Positions 48,801 to 62,100 of a DNA stretch of 64,000 nucleotides are shown in pieces. This DNA comes from Macrostomum lignano (lineage: Eukaryota): the NCBI GenBank assembly GCA_002269645.1, contig NIVC01002001.1:1-64000 (forward strand), in the 5' to 3' direction. Below the pieces are notes generated by a model. It worked only from the letters and a program-made list of their open reading frames with translations, had not been told where the DNA came from and did no database searches. Numbering within the stretch: the first letter of the stretch is position 1; the number at the start of each line of letters is the position of its first letter. A program made the position numbers and the translations under genes.

Positions 48801-49512
48801 ATCTCTCTTGATGTGTATAACCATGGGCTTTGGTCATTTTAAATGAACTGCATATTTATGAAATCTTGCTGCATCATAAAACGTGCTTTAGATCACATAT
48901 AGAAATATAGAGATGCATGGGGTCAGACCGTCAGTCAGTTGTGTGTCAGAACAATTCGACAAATGTTATTATTTTATTAGTGTCCTGTATATGTTATACA
49001 CCACCAGGGCCAGGCTTGAAAAAGCTGTTGCTGGTGACAGCATCGACAAGCACAACATTATTATTATTATTAGCATTGGCCGGTGTATTATATAACTTTC
49101 AGCGCTTAAAATATAGATTTTCGAGATTTCGACGGACAAGCATCGCATCATAACTGGGCCTGGGGCCATGCAGTGTTATTGCTTTTACAATCGGCACGCA
49201 TTGAAATTTTAAAATTGTGCTTGTTTATGACGCCGACAGACAGACTATAACACTAACAGTTGCTGTCATCTCACTAGACAGACCTGACAGTCCCCAGTAA
49301 CGAAGACAAAAAGTCTGATAACAGATGTCCAGAGAGAACTTACCAAAGCTAGTTGATGCACCTGTACACTCCAGATCCGTCGTTGCAGCTGAAGCCTCGG
49401 CTTGTCGCGAACTTTGCCGCTTCTGTTCTTCTTCTTCTAGTAGTAGACGATCGTTGCTATCTTCGACTTCTTCTCGTAGTCCGCCGTCCATTCGGATGCC
49501 AACTAGTTCCAT
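42211..49512 (-). CDS. hb: Hunchback zinc-finger transcription factor, about 482 aa, four central C2H2 fingers only
   Basis: Exons 49512-49344 (GTAAGT donor, phase 1), 48427-48141 and 43203-42211. Finger cluster FRCRHC..DK|[99 protein letters not shown] closely matches Drosophila Hb fingers 1-4. Confidence 0.95.
43415..44390. repeat. 21-22-bp minisatellite (GGGGGCGGATAAAGATTCAGAT)n in the hunchback intron
   Basis: Direct, about 45 copies. Confidence 0.97.
44968..48125. repeat. 24-bp minisatellite (CTAACAGGGAAACTCAGG(G/C)AGAGG)n in the hunchback intron
   Basis: Direct, about 130 highly homogeneous copies. Confidence 0.98.
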
Positions 49513-50477
49513 TTGACTGAATCACTGCTTATTCTATTTCTATGATTAGTATATAGTTTGATGCGCCTTGTAATAATATAATAGTATGGGGAGAAGTTTT
49601 CCTGACTTAGACTGACTGACCGAAGTGAAAGAGTTTAAATAAAAACAGTTTTTCCGCCTCGGGTCGGATGGGGGTTGGCTGGAGAGCCACCCCACCCCAC
49701 CCCACACCAAGGCCCCGCCACCGAACCGCGTTTCGCGCCACGGGCCACCCACCCCACCTCCGCCGCGCCGTTTGCACGCTGGGTAATTTGGGGTGGGTGG
49801 GGGCCTGGTCCAAGGGGGTTATTCGTTTGTCGCTTACTGACTAATAAGAAATTAAAACACTGATTACTGATCACTGATTATTTTACTAACAGCCATAAAA
49901 AAGATAAGAGATTACAAAAACGTTATTGAGGGAGGTCACGGGGTTTCTCATTCTGTAAACTACAAAGACTGCCGCTAATGCCAATAGCCGGCCCAGCCTC
50001 GACGCCACAGCCACAATTTTTTATTTTTGTTTTAATTTAGCTTTGACTACCCACAGCAGTGAATGGTGCGAAAAAACAACAACACAGGGGGTTGGTGAGC
50101 TTGGTGCCTCCCGATTTTAAACACGACGGGTGATATTTAGCAAAAGCCAACAACTCAGAAGTCAGAACTCAACTGCTTACTTTAACAAATCGGCTTATAA
50201 CGTGATAAGTCTGTTTATCCTTTAATAGCAAATTTTTGGAAATTCCCAGAGTCCAAGACTCGATTTTGCTACTTCTTAATCCCTCATGTCTATTGTGAGC
50301 GTATTATCAGGCCGATTAAAAGACTGCGGGTTCGACCAGAAAGTTGTCCTGTAACCTGGGTTTTGTAATAGAATGGGGACTTAGCGCTTATTAGGACTCC
50401 TGGTTCTGACTATTGACTTTAGCACGTTGAATGGGGGTTCACATTTGCCGATCTGACTGGGACAAAAGCGACGCAAT

Positions 50478-50898
50478 GGGCGCCAGATACAGAGTGGGCA
50501 GGGCGCCAGATATAGAGTGGGCAGGGCGCCAGATACAGAGTGGGCAGGGCTCCAGATACAGAATGGGCAGGGCGCCAGATACAGAGTGGGCAGGGCGCCA
50601 GATACAGAGTGGGCAGGGCGCCAGATACAGAGTGGGCAGGGCGCCAGATACAGAATGGGCAGGGCGCCAGATACAGAATGGGCAGGGCGCCAGATACAGA
50701 ATGGGCAGGGCGCCAGATACAGAATGGGCAGGGCGCCAGATACAGAATGGGCAGGGCGCCAGATACAGAATGGGCAGGGCGCCAGATACAGAATGGGCAG
50801 GGCGCCAGATACAGAATGGGCAGGGCGCCAGATACATAATGGGCAGAGCGCTAGATACAGAAGGGCGCCAGATACAGAATGGGCAGGGCGCCAGATAC
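50478..50898. repeat. 23-bp minisatellite (GGGCAGGGCGCCAGATACAGAAT)n
   Basis: Direct; interrupted by a MITE at 50899. Confidence 0.95.
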
Positions 50899-51701
50899 CA
50901 GGGGCGGACCCAGGATTTTATCGAGGGGGGGGCAAGCCTCACGTCTCGTCAGGCCAGAGCTGCAATTAGGGTACCATGATACCAATACAGCATGATACCA
51001 ATACAGCATGATACCAATACAGCATGATACCAATACAGCATGATACCAATACAGCATGAAACCAATACAGCATGATACCAATACAGCATGAAACCAATAC
51101 AGCATGATACCAATACAGCATGATACCAATACAGCATGAAACCAATACAGCATGATACCAATACAGCATGAAACCAATACAGCATGATACCAATACAGCA
51201 TGATACCAATACAGCATGATACCAATACAGCATGATACCAATACAGCATGATACCAATACAGCATGATACCAATACAGCATGATACCAATACAGCATGAT
51301 ACCAATACAGCATGAAACCAATACAGCATGATACCAATACAGCATGATACCAATACAGCATGAAACCAATACAGCATGAAACCAATACAGCATGATACCA
51401 ATACAGCATGATACCAATACAGCATGATACCAATACAGCATGATACCAATACAGCATGATACCAATACAGCGTGAAACCAATACAGCATGATACCAATAC
51501 AGCATGATACCAATACAGCGTGAAACCAATACAGCATGATACCAATACAGCATGATACCAATACAGCATGATACCAATACAGCATGATACCAATACAGCA
51601 TGATACCAATACAGCATGATACCAATACATCTGAGGATTTTTTTGGCAGAGCTGGGGGGGCCATGGCCCCCTTGGTTCCCCCCCCCCTCGGTCCGCCCCT
51701 G
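50899..51701. mobile_element. hAT-type MITE (803 bp) containing an internal 16-bp tandem array
   Basis: TIR CAGGGGCGGACC at 50899 and its reverse complement ending at 51701; 8-bp TSD CCAGATAC at 50891-50898 and 51702-51709. Confidence 0.9.
50975..51628. repeat. 16-bp minisatellite (CATGATACCAATACAG)n
   Basis: Direct, about 40 copies inside the MITE. Confidence 0.97.
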
Positions 51702-52137
51702 CCAGATACAGATGGCTGGGCGCTACAGTGAGGACTGGGCGCCAGATATACGCTGTTGCATTGCACTAAAAAATAGAAGTTCGCTCAACACTATATATTT
51801 TATAGCTATAGTAGTTGGGTGCCAGAGCAAGGTGCAGGCAGTCAGTGCCACAGTGGGTGGTCTCTCTCTGCTTCCTATACAATTTGAAACTTCAATTCAG
51901 TGTGAATGTTTGCTCAACGAAACCAATTCGGAGCCTGTAGGCTCAATGAGTGAACTTTAATGAGTATTAGAGGAGGGGGCCAAATGATGCGGTTAAAGAT
52001 ATAGAATAGGTTCTACTTACCCTTGCTAAAAGCAAACGTTTAAAATAAATTAAGATAACTGCTTGATTTCTCATACAATTTTTTAACTAGCAACCATATG
52101 GTACTATATATGTAAGAATTTGTTGCACGGATCCTCT

Positions 52138-53335
52138 TCACTGACCCATCCTCTCTCAAGGGATGGGATCCGCCCCCTTCACTGACCCCATCCTCTCTCA
52201 AGGGATGGGATCCGCCCCCTTCACTGACCCCATCCTCTCTCAAGGGATGGGATCCGCCCCCTTCACTGACCCCATCCTCTTTCAAGGGATGGGATCCGCC
52301 CCCTTCACTGACCCATCCTCTCTCAAGGGATGGGATCCGCCCCCTTCACTGACCCATCCTCTCTCAAGGGATGGGATCCGCCCCTTCACTGACCCCATCC
52401 TATCTCAAGGGATGGGATCCCGATCCGCCACTTCACTGACCCCATCCTCTCTCAAGGGATGGGATCCACCCCTTCACTGACCCCATCCTCTCTCAAGGGA
52501 TGGGATCCGCCCCCTTCACTGACCCATCCTCTCTCAAGGGATGGGATCCGCCCCCTTCACTGACCCCATCCTCTCTCAAGGGATAGGATCCGCCCCCTTC
52601 ACTGACCCCATCCTCTCTCAAGGGATGGGATCCCGATCCGCAACTTCACTGACCCCATCCTCTCTCATGGGGTCATCCCCATCCCTTCACTGACCCCATC
52701 CTCTTTCAAGGGATGGGATCCGCCCCCTTCACTGACCCCATCCTCTCTCAAGGGATGGGATCCACCCCTTCACTGACCCCATCCTCTCTCAAGGGATGGG
52801 ATCCGCTCCCTTCACTGACCCCATCCTCTCTCACGGGATGGGATCCGCTCCCTTCACTGACCCCATCCTCTCTCAAGGGATGGGATCCACCCCTTCACTG
52901 ACCCCATCCTCTCTCAAGGGATGGGATCCGCTCCCTTCACTGACCCCATCCTCTCTCACGGGATGGGATCCGCTCCCTTCACTGACCCCATCCTCTCTCA
53001 CGGGATGGGATCCGCCCCCTTCACTGACCCCATCCTCTCTCAAGGGATGGGATCCCGATCCGCCACTTCACTGACCCCATCCTCTCTCAAGGGATGGGAT
53101 CCCGATCCGCCACTTCACTGACCCCATCCTCTCTCAAGGGATGGGATCCCGATCCGCCACTTCACTGACCCCATCCTCTCTCAAGGGATGGGATCCGCCC
53201 CCTTCACTGACCCATCCTCTCTCAAGGGATGGGATCCGCCCCTTCACTGACCCCATCCTCTCTCAAGGGATGGGATCCGCCCCCTTCACTGACCCCATCC
53301 TCTCTCATGGGGTCATCCCCATCCCTTCACTGACC
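52138..53335. repeat. 42-bp minisatellite with an internal hairpin (CTTCACTGACCCCATCCTCTCTCAAGGGATGGGATCCGCCCC)n
   Basis: Direct, about 28 copies. Confidence 0.95.
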
Positions 53336-53918
53336 CAATGCCATCAGAGAGATCTCAGTTAAAAAATTATTTTGGATACATATCGTTTGCATAAATTCGA
53401 AGACTGTCCACACCTGCAACGCGTAGCACTTAAGCAATTCACTCGAGAAAGTGTGAAACGCAAAAATTTTTAATCGCAAAATCGAATCAACAAAATGACT
53501 AAAATCTAACTTACGCAGTCAATTTTCATTTTACAGTGTCTTGTTTATTTTAAAGATAAATCTCAACATCTGGTGTAAAAATTCATCTATAAAGCCCCCA
53601 CACGCAGTCGCAGGTGATGCTTGCGTCGCGATTGAGTGAAAACTTGCCTAAATAACTGTCAGTCACTTGTGCGCAGTTCTATGCCCATACAGCTTTTACT
53701 GCTTTCTGCTTCGCTAATAAACTTAGTTATACTGTTGTAGTTGCACCTGAAAATTTCTTTTTACTTTTTATTGCTGAAAAGATTTCGACGGTTGGTAAGT
53801 TTACTTTAACTATTTTAACTGTGCCTATCACAACGTTTTATGGGCATTAACGGCCTCATAGATACTAAGCTATGGACCATGGATTTCTAGATCTAGCTGT
53901 CAATAGATCTAGAAAGGG

Positions 53919-54515
53919 TTGAATATGGTTGGCCCCGTGTCTTAAATAAAAGTCATTGCTCTCCCCATACCCGGTTATGGCCATAGACAATCTTAGAAGC
54001 ATGGGTTGAATATGGTTGGCCCGTGTCTTAAATTCATTGCTCTCCCCATACCCGGTTTTGGCCATAGACGATCTTAGAAGCATGGGTTGAATATGGTTGG
54101 CAGTGTCTAAAATTCATTGCTCTCCCCATACCCGGTTATGGCCATAGACAATCTTAGAAGCATGGGTTGAATATGGTTGGCCCGTGTCTTAAATTCATTG
54201 CTCTCCCCATACCCGGTTATGGCCATAGACAATCTTAGAAGCATGGGTTCAATATGGTTGGCCCGTGTCTTAAATTCATTGCTCTCCCCATACCCGGTTA
54301 TGGCCATAGACAATCTTAGAAGCATGGGTTGAATATGGTTGGCCCGTGTCTAAAATTCATTGCTCTCCCCATACCCGGTTATGGCCATAGACAATCTTAG
54401 AAGCATGGGTTGAATATGGTTGGCCCGTGTCTTAAATTCATTGCTCTCCCCATACCCGGTTATGGCCATAGACAATCTTAGAAGCATGGGTTGAATATGG
54501 TTGGCCCGTGTTTTA
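53919..54515. repeat. 81-bp tandem repeat, about 7 copies
   Basis: Direct; 27-aa period in ORFs 53865-54325. Confidence 0.95.
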
Positions 54516-55261
54516 AGCGGTAGTTAATGAAAAAAACATCTTTTTGAATCAAATTTAAATTTTAAACTTCATATTGAATACATAATTTCTGCGCAAATGA
54601 GATGAAAAGAAGAGCCCTGAGCTTATTCTAAACCTAAACTTCCTGTGGTCCTGGTCCCGCCCACCACTCATTTTGCGTTCAGTTTACAACTTTATAGAAA
54701 TGGCTTCTGACAGTCACATATGCTAGACCATTTTTCCAAAGACGAAGCACCTTGGCAACCCCACATATTCACGGCCAACCAAGCGCTAAGTAACTAACTA
54801 TAGTCAGCCATTTTTGCAGGAAAAACACTTGTTTACGCAAATTACACTCGAATTGCATGCAGCAGCTGCTGTGAGCCAAAAAGTTGGCCATGTATACAAA
54901 TTTTTCGAATTTTGGTCCTGCCACTGTCTTGACTGACTGACTGAAGCTTCTCTGCGGCTCTGGGGTTGTCAGTCATAAAGATTCACGATTGAAATAGAAA
55001 AATCATCTTAGTTCGCGGCGGTGGAAACCATCTAGCATTGGTTTGAACGCATTTTACGCGTAAAACTAGCCCAGATTAACAAACTGCCTCAGCAATTGTT
55101 TATTAAAACCGGAAAAAAGCAAAAAAACTATTCGTAATTTCGTTTTTTCCACTGCGGATTAACAATATAACATCGCAAATCCACCTCACTGGGCACTTCC
55201 ATTCAACTTTGTGATTTCCTTTTACGGAGAAACTAGCTTTGATAAACAAATCAAGTAACGG

Positions 55262-55618
55262 CGCGCTAGAAACCGTGGAGCGCTAGAAACGGCGCGCTAG
55301 AAACGGCGCGCTAGAAACGGCGCGCTAGAAACGGCGCGCTAGAAACCGCGCTAAAAACCGCGCGCTAGAAACCGTGGCGCGCTAGAAACCGTGGCGCGCT
55401 AGAAACTGTGGCGCACTAGAAACTGTGGCGCGCTAGAAACTGTGGCGCACTAGAAACTGTGGCGCGCTAGAAACTGTGGCGCGCTAGAAACTGTAGCGCG
55501 CTATAATCTGTGGCGCGCTAGAAACTGTGGCGCGCTAGAAACTGTGGCGCGCTAGAAACCGAGGAGCGCTAGAAACGGCGCGCTAGAAGGGGTGCGCTAG
55601 AAACCGTGGCGCGCTAAA
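55262..55618. repeat. CpG-rich 12-19-bp repeat (GCGCGCTAGAAAC(TGTG))n
   Basis: Direct. Confidence 0.9.
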
Positions 55619-56069
55619 AACGCGTCAACAAAAGCGTATTTCAATAACAGACTGTGAAAAAATTGAATGTTAATTTTAAACTAAAATTCAACATGCAACG
55701 CAAAATAGTTTCGCACCATAGGGCCTGGTTAGTCTTTTAGCATATAGATAACTTAAAAATGAGTTGCCAGCAGAGGGGTTCTCAACATTTTTTAAGTAAT
55801 AGCGTGCTCACTGCTCACTCTGGCGAGTGAAAAAAAAAACTAAAATAATACCTTTTAATTAGAGGCGTGCAGATTAGTGTGTTGAAAATCACTTGCAATT
55901 GCATGGTGCAGAGACAAAATTAAAAACAGCAAGAGGTCCCGCCGCGACAACGTGACGGAGAATGATACAGTGAGTTCTTGCGGTAATGGAAATTAGAATC
56001 TTTTCCGTGAGAATGACATCCGCATGGAATGACTTTTTGGGCTGTCACGGACACTTTTAGGGTGTTAGG

Positions 56070-56475
56070 TGTGAGACAGAGGAAGGGGTGGATCCTGAGA
56101 GGGTGAGACAGAGGAAGGGGCGAATGACAGAGGAAGGGCGGATGACAGAGGAAGGGGTGGATGACAGAGGAAGGGGCGGATGACAGAGGAAGGGGTGGAT
56201 GACAGAGGAAGGGGCGGATGACAGAGGAAGGGGCGGATGACAGAGGAAGGGCGGATGACAGAGGAAGGGGCGGATGACAGAGGAAGGGGCGGATGACAGA
56301 GGAAGGGCGGATGACAGAGGAAGGGGTGGATGACAGAGGAAGGGGCGGATGACAGAGGAAGGGTGGATGACAGAGGAAGGGGCGGATGACAGAGGAAGGG
56401 GCGGATGAGGATGACAGAGGAAGGGGCGGATGACAGAGGAAGGGGCGGATGACAGAGGAAGGGGCGGATGACAGA
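56070..56475. repeat. 19-bp minisatellite (ACAGAGGAAGGGGCGGATG)n
   Basis: Direct. Confidence 0.95.
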
Positions 56476-57294
56476 ATCCAAGTCATTAACAAAGCTGTCA
56501 CTCTTGACGCGAACTGCAGTTGCAATTAAAAATGGTAATTTCGGCCCAAGATAACTTATTCTAAATATAAAAGCATTCTGTTCGAAATAGAGACCAAGGA
56601 AGGAAGCTTAAAATCATTGGTTTTAATCTTGAAAGGAATAGTTTGAGCTACAGGCGCACCGGGCACATCCGCTTGTGATGTTGCAAGGTGTTGTGTATAA
56701 CCCCAGGTATCGCTGCCTTATCTGTTATAAAATTTGAAGAAATTTTTCCAGGAAAAGCAACACACAATGGTAATTTTAGAGCCGCGTCTACTAACTAGTT
56801 AGAATAAATAAACTAAAATGCAAGCTTTTGTGTCGGACAGTTACATTCAAGTTTGTAGAAAATGTAATTAAGTTTCAAATTGCTAAATTTAAAAGTTTCT
56901 GCAAAGATGCCCCCTCGGAGTTGGTGTTTATCGTTTTTGCGCCTCCGCCCACCCCAATTTTACCTGGTTAAGGTCTTTAAAGATATTAAAACACTACATA
57001 CTACTATGAATGGAACCAATTGTTTACTTAGTTGCTAATTCAGAGAACCGGGCCCTGGATTAAGGGGGGGGCCTCTGTTTTGCAGCAACAAAGCACCGGG
57101 CAACGGGCAATATTTGGAAGAAATATACGCAGACCCGGCTCATAAATAATACTTCCGGTGTCTGGTTGTCACCGGGATTCTGGAAAACTGACTAATTATT
57201 GTTGTAATTTTGTATTCAGATTTTATCCGCATATTGTGTTGCTTAAATGTGACAGCATTTGTGGATGCGTCCGAGTGATCGGAATGGCTGTTGT

Positions 57295-58820
57295 AGAGTG
57301 AAAGGCTGTGTGAATATAGTGAAAGGCTGTGTGAATATAGTGAAAGGCTGTGTGAATATAGTGAAAGGCTGTGTGAATATAGAGTGAAAGGCTGTGTGAA
57401 TATAGAGTGAAAGGCTGTGTGAAAATACAGAGTGAAAGGCTGTGTGAATATAGAGTGAAAGGCTGTGTGACACAGAGAGTGAAAGGCTGTGTGACACAGA
57501 GAGTGAAACACTGTGTGACACAGAGAGTGAAACACTGTGTGACACAGAGAGTGAAACACTGTGTGACACAGAAAGTAAAACTCTGTGTGACACAGAGAGT
57601 GAAACACTGTGTGACACAGAGAGTGAAACACTGTGTGACACAGCAGAGTGAAACACTGTCTGACACAGAGAGTGAAACACTGTCTGACACAGAGAGTGAA
57701 ACACTGTGTGACACAGAGAGTGAAACACTGTCTGACACAGAGAGTGAAACACTGTCTGACACAGAGAGTGAAACACTGTCTGACACAGAGAGTGAAACAC
57801 TGTCTGACACAGAGAGTGAAACACTGTGTGACACAGAGAGTGAAACACTGTCTGACACAGAGAGTGAAACACTGTCTGACACAGAGTGAAACCACTGTCT
57901 GACACAGAGAGTGAAACACTATGTGACACAGCAGAGTGAAACACTGTCTGACACAGAGAGTGAAACACTGTGTGACACAGAGAGTGAAACACTGTGTGAC
58001 ACAGAGAGTGAAACACTGTCTGACACAGAGAGTGAAACATTGTGTGACACAGAGAGTGAAACACTGTGTGACACAGAGAGTGAAACACTGTCTGACACAG
58101 AGAGTGAAACATTGTGTGACACAGAGAGTGAAACACTGTGTGACACAGAGAGTGAAACATTGTGTGACACAGAGAGTGAAACACTGTGTGACACAGAGAG
58201 TGAAACATTGTGTGACACAGAGAGTGAAACACTGTGTGACACAGCAGAGTGAAACACTGTCTGACACAGAGAGTGAAACATTGTGTGACACAGAGAGTGA
58301 AACACTGTGTGACACAGAGAGTGAAACACTGTCTGACACAGAGAGTGAAACACTGTCTGACACAGAGAGTGAAACACTGTCTGACACAGAGTGAAACATT
58401 GTCTGACACAGAGAGTGAAACACTGTGTGACACAGCAGAGTGAAACACTGTCTGACACAGAGAGTGAAACACTGTGTGACACAGAGAGTGAAACACTGTG
58501 TGACACAGAGAGTGAAACACTGTCTGACACAGAGAGTGAAACATTGTGTGACACAGAGAGTGAAACACTGTGTGACACAGAGAGTGAAACACTGTCTGAC
58601 ACAGAGAGTGAAACACTGTGTGACACAGAGAGTGAAACATTGTGTGACACAGAGAGTGAAACACTGTGTGACACAGAGAGTGAAACATTGTGTGACACAG
58701 AGAGTGAAACACTGTGTGACACAGAGAGTGAAACATTGTGTGACACAGAGAGTGAAACATTGTGTGACACAGAGAGTGAAACATTGTGTGACACAGAGAG
58801 TGAAACACTGTGTGACAGAG
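57295..58820. repeat. 24-bp minisatellite (GAGTGAAACACTGTGTGACACAGA)n with a diverged left end
   Basis: Direct. Confidence 0.96.
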
Positions 58821-59150
58821 TAAGAAACTGTGTACTGTATGACACAGAGGGAAAGTCTATGTGACAAAGCTAGTGATAGACACAGAAAAATATTTAGGAG
58901 TAGCGTTGTATATTGTCCATATGTCATTTCGAGTCAAATGATTTGATTAAAAAACGATTCATGCAATTAATTAAGAAATTGTGACATCCTTGAACTGTCT
59001 ATGGTGAAACAAGTTAAGCCAATATGATGCGTCTATAAATTCGTAAGCCAAAATTAAAGAAAAGAAAAACTTGATAAAACTAAGGCCACACAAAATAGCG
59101 GTTTCTGAACTAACGAGACTACAGCTTGCTTCAACCCATGCTGCATTCAG

Positions 59151-62100
59151 AAGAAGAGAATGCCTACTTTACGGTAACAGTGCTGCCTGGAAGTCCCGGT
59201 ACGAACCTTGTTACTAATAGTAGCCTGTTTATTAATTGACAACTAAAATTTTCTGGCGTTACAAAAATTTCAGACAACGAGCCGGAGTTCCGGGTGTTCC
59301 CGTTTCACTCCAGCTACAATAACACGTTGGGGGAAACCATGATTAGAAGTCGAGGTGAGTGAGTGTGAGCACTTTAATACAGGCAGTGCCAGACACAAAC
59401 CGAACATTTTACAACCCACTACCAGACACCCTGACCCTGACAAAACTGATCGCCCATCAGACAACCATCAGACACAAACCAACAATCGCCCATCAGACAC
59501 AAACCAACAATTGCCCATCAGACACAAACCAACAATTGCCCATCAGACACCCATCAGACACAAACCAACAATTGCCCATCAGACAACCATCAGACACAAA
59601 CCAACAATCGCCCATCAGACACAAACCAACAATCGCCCATCAGACACAAACCAACAACCATCAGACACAAACCAACAATCGCCCATCAGACACAAACCAA
59701 CAATCGCCCATCAGACACAAACCAACAACCATCAGACACAAACCAACAATTGCCCATCAGACAACCATCAGACGCAAACCAACAATTGCCCATCAGACAA
59801 CCATCAGACACAAACCAACAATCGCCCATCAGACACAAACCAACAACCATCAGACACAAACCAACAACCATCAGACACAAACCAACAACCATCAGACACA
59901 AACCAACAATTGCCCATCAGACACAAACCAACAATTGCCCATCAGACACAAACCAACAATTGCCCATCAGACACAAACCAACAACCATCAGACACAAACC
60001 AACAACCATCAGACACAAACCAACAATTGCCCATCAGACAACCATCAGACACAAACCAACAATTGCCCATCAGACAACCATCAGACACAAACCAACAATT
60101 GCCCATCAGACAACCATCAGACACAAACCAACAATCGCCCATCAGACACAAACCAACAACCATCAGACACAAACCAACAATTGCCCATCAGACACAAACC
60201 AACAACCATCAGACACAAACCAACAATCGCCCATCAGACACAAACCAACAATCGCCCATCAGACACAAACCAACAATTGCCCATCAGACACAAACCAACA
60301 ACCATCAGACACAAACCAACAACCATCAGACACAAACCAACAACCATCAGACACAAACCAACAACCATCAGACACAAACCAACAATCGCCCATCAGACAC
60401 AAACCAACAATCGCCCATCAGACACAAACCAACAATCGCCCATCAGACACAAACCAACAATTGCCCATCAGACACAAACCAACAACCATCAGACACAAAC
60501 CAACAACCATCAGACACAAACCAACAACCATCAGACACAAACCAACAACCATCAGACACAAACCAACAATCGCCCATCAGACACAAACCAACAATCGCCC
60601 ATCAGACACAAACCAACAATCGCCCATCAGACACAAACCAACAATTGCCCATCAGACACAAACCAACAATCGCCCATCAGACACAAACCAACAGTTGCCC
60701 ATCAGACACCCATCAGACACAAACCAACAACCATCAGACAAACCAACAATTGCCCATCAGACAACCATCAGACACAAACCAACAATCGCCCATCAGACAC
60801 AAACCAACAATCGCCCATCAGACACAAACCAACAATCGCCCATCAGACACAAACCAACAATCGCCCATCAGACAACCATCAGACACAAACCAACAATTGC
60901 CCATCAGACACAAACCAACAATTGCCCATCAGACAACCATCAGACACAAACCAACAACCATCAGACACAAACCAACAATCGCCCATCAGACAACCATCAG
61001 ACACAAACCAACAATTGCCCATCAGACACAAACCAACAATTGCCCATCAGACAACCATCAGACACAAACCAACAACCATCAGACACAAACCAACAATCGC
61101 CCGTCAGACACAAACAAACCATCCCATCAGACACCCATCAGACAAACAAACACTCACCTACCCTACAGTTGACGAGTACTCGCAAATCCTGTGGAAGTAC
61201 TTGGCCTTTCTCATTGCGATGAACGGCCTCATGCTGCTGCTCATTCTAATCCTAACTGTTTTCCTACTTCTCAACGGGGAGCAATGGCTGAGCAGCATCC
61301 GAGGCATCCAAGATGGCGGAACCGCGGGTCTCATCGACCCGAATCGCCCATCAAACACAATTGCCCATCAGACACAAACCAACAATTGCCCATCAGACAC
61401 CCATCAGACACAAACCAACAATTGCCCATCAGACAACCATCAGACACAAACCAACAATCGCCCATCAGACACAAACCAACAATCGCCCATCAGACACAAA
61501 CCAACAACCATCAGACACAAACCAACAATCGCCCATCAGACACAAACCAACAATCGCCCATCAGACACAAACCAACAACCATCAGACACAAACCAACAAT
61601 TGCCCATCAGACAACCATCAGACGCAAACCAACAATTGCCCATCAGACAACCATCAGACACAAACCAACAATCGCCCATCAGACACAAACCAACAACCAT
61701 CAGACACAAACCAACAACCATCAGACACAAACCAACAACCATCAGACACAAACCAACAATTGCCCATCAGACACAAACCAACAATTGCCCATCAGACACA
61801 AACCAACAATTGCCCATCAGACACAAACCAACAACCATCAGACACAAACCAACAACCATCAGACACAAACCAACAATTGCCCATCAGACAACCATCAGAC
61901 ACAAACCAACAATTGCCCATCAGACAACCATCAGACACAAACCAACAATTGCCCATCAGACAACCATCAGACACAAACCAACAATCGCCCATCAGACACA
62001 AACCAACAACCATCAGACACAAACCAACAATTGCCCATCAGACACAAACCAACAACCATCAGACACAAACCAACAATCGCCCATCAGACACAAACCAACA

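Noticed and set aside
55900-57300. Candidate upstream exons of the membrane-protein gene (55930-55969, 57220-57275)
   Set aside because: Phases do not link with exon 59151 and the translations are uninformative.
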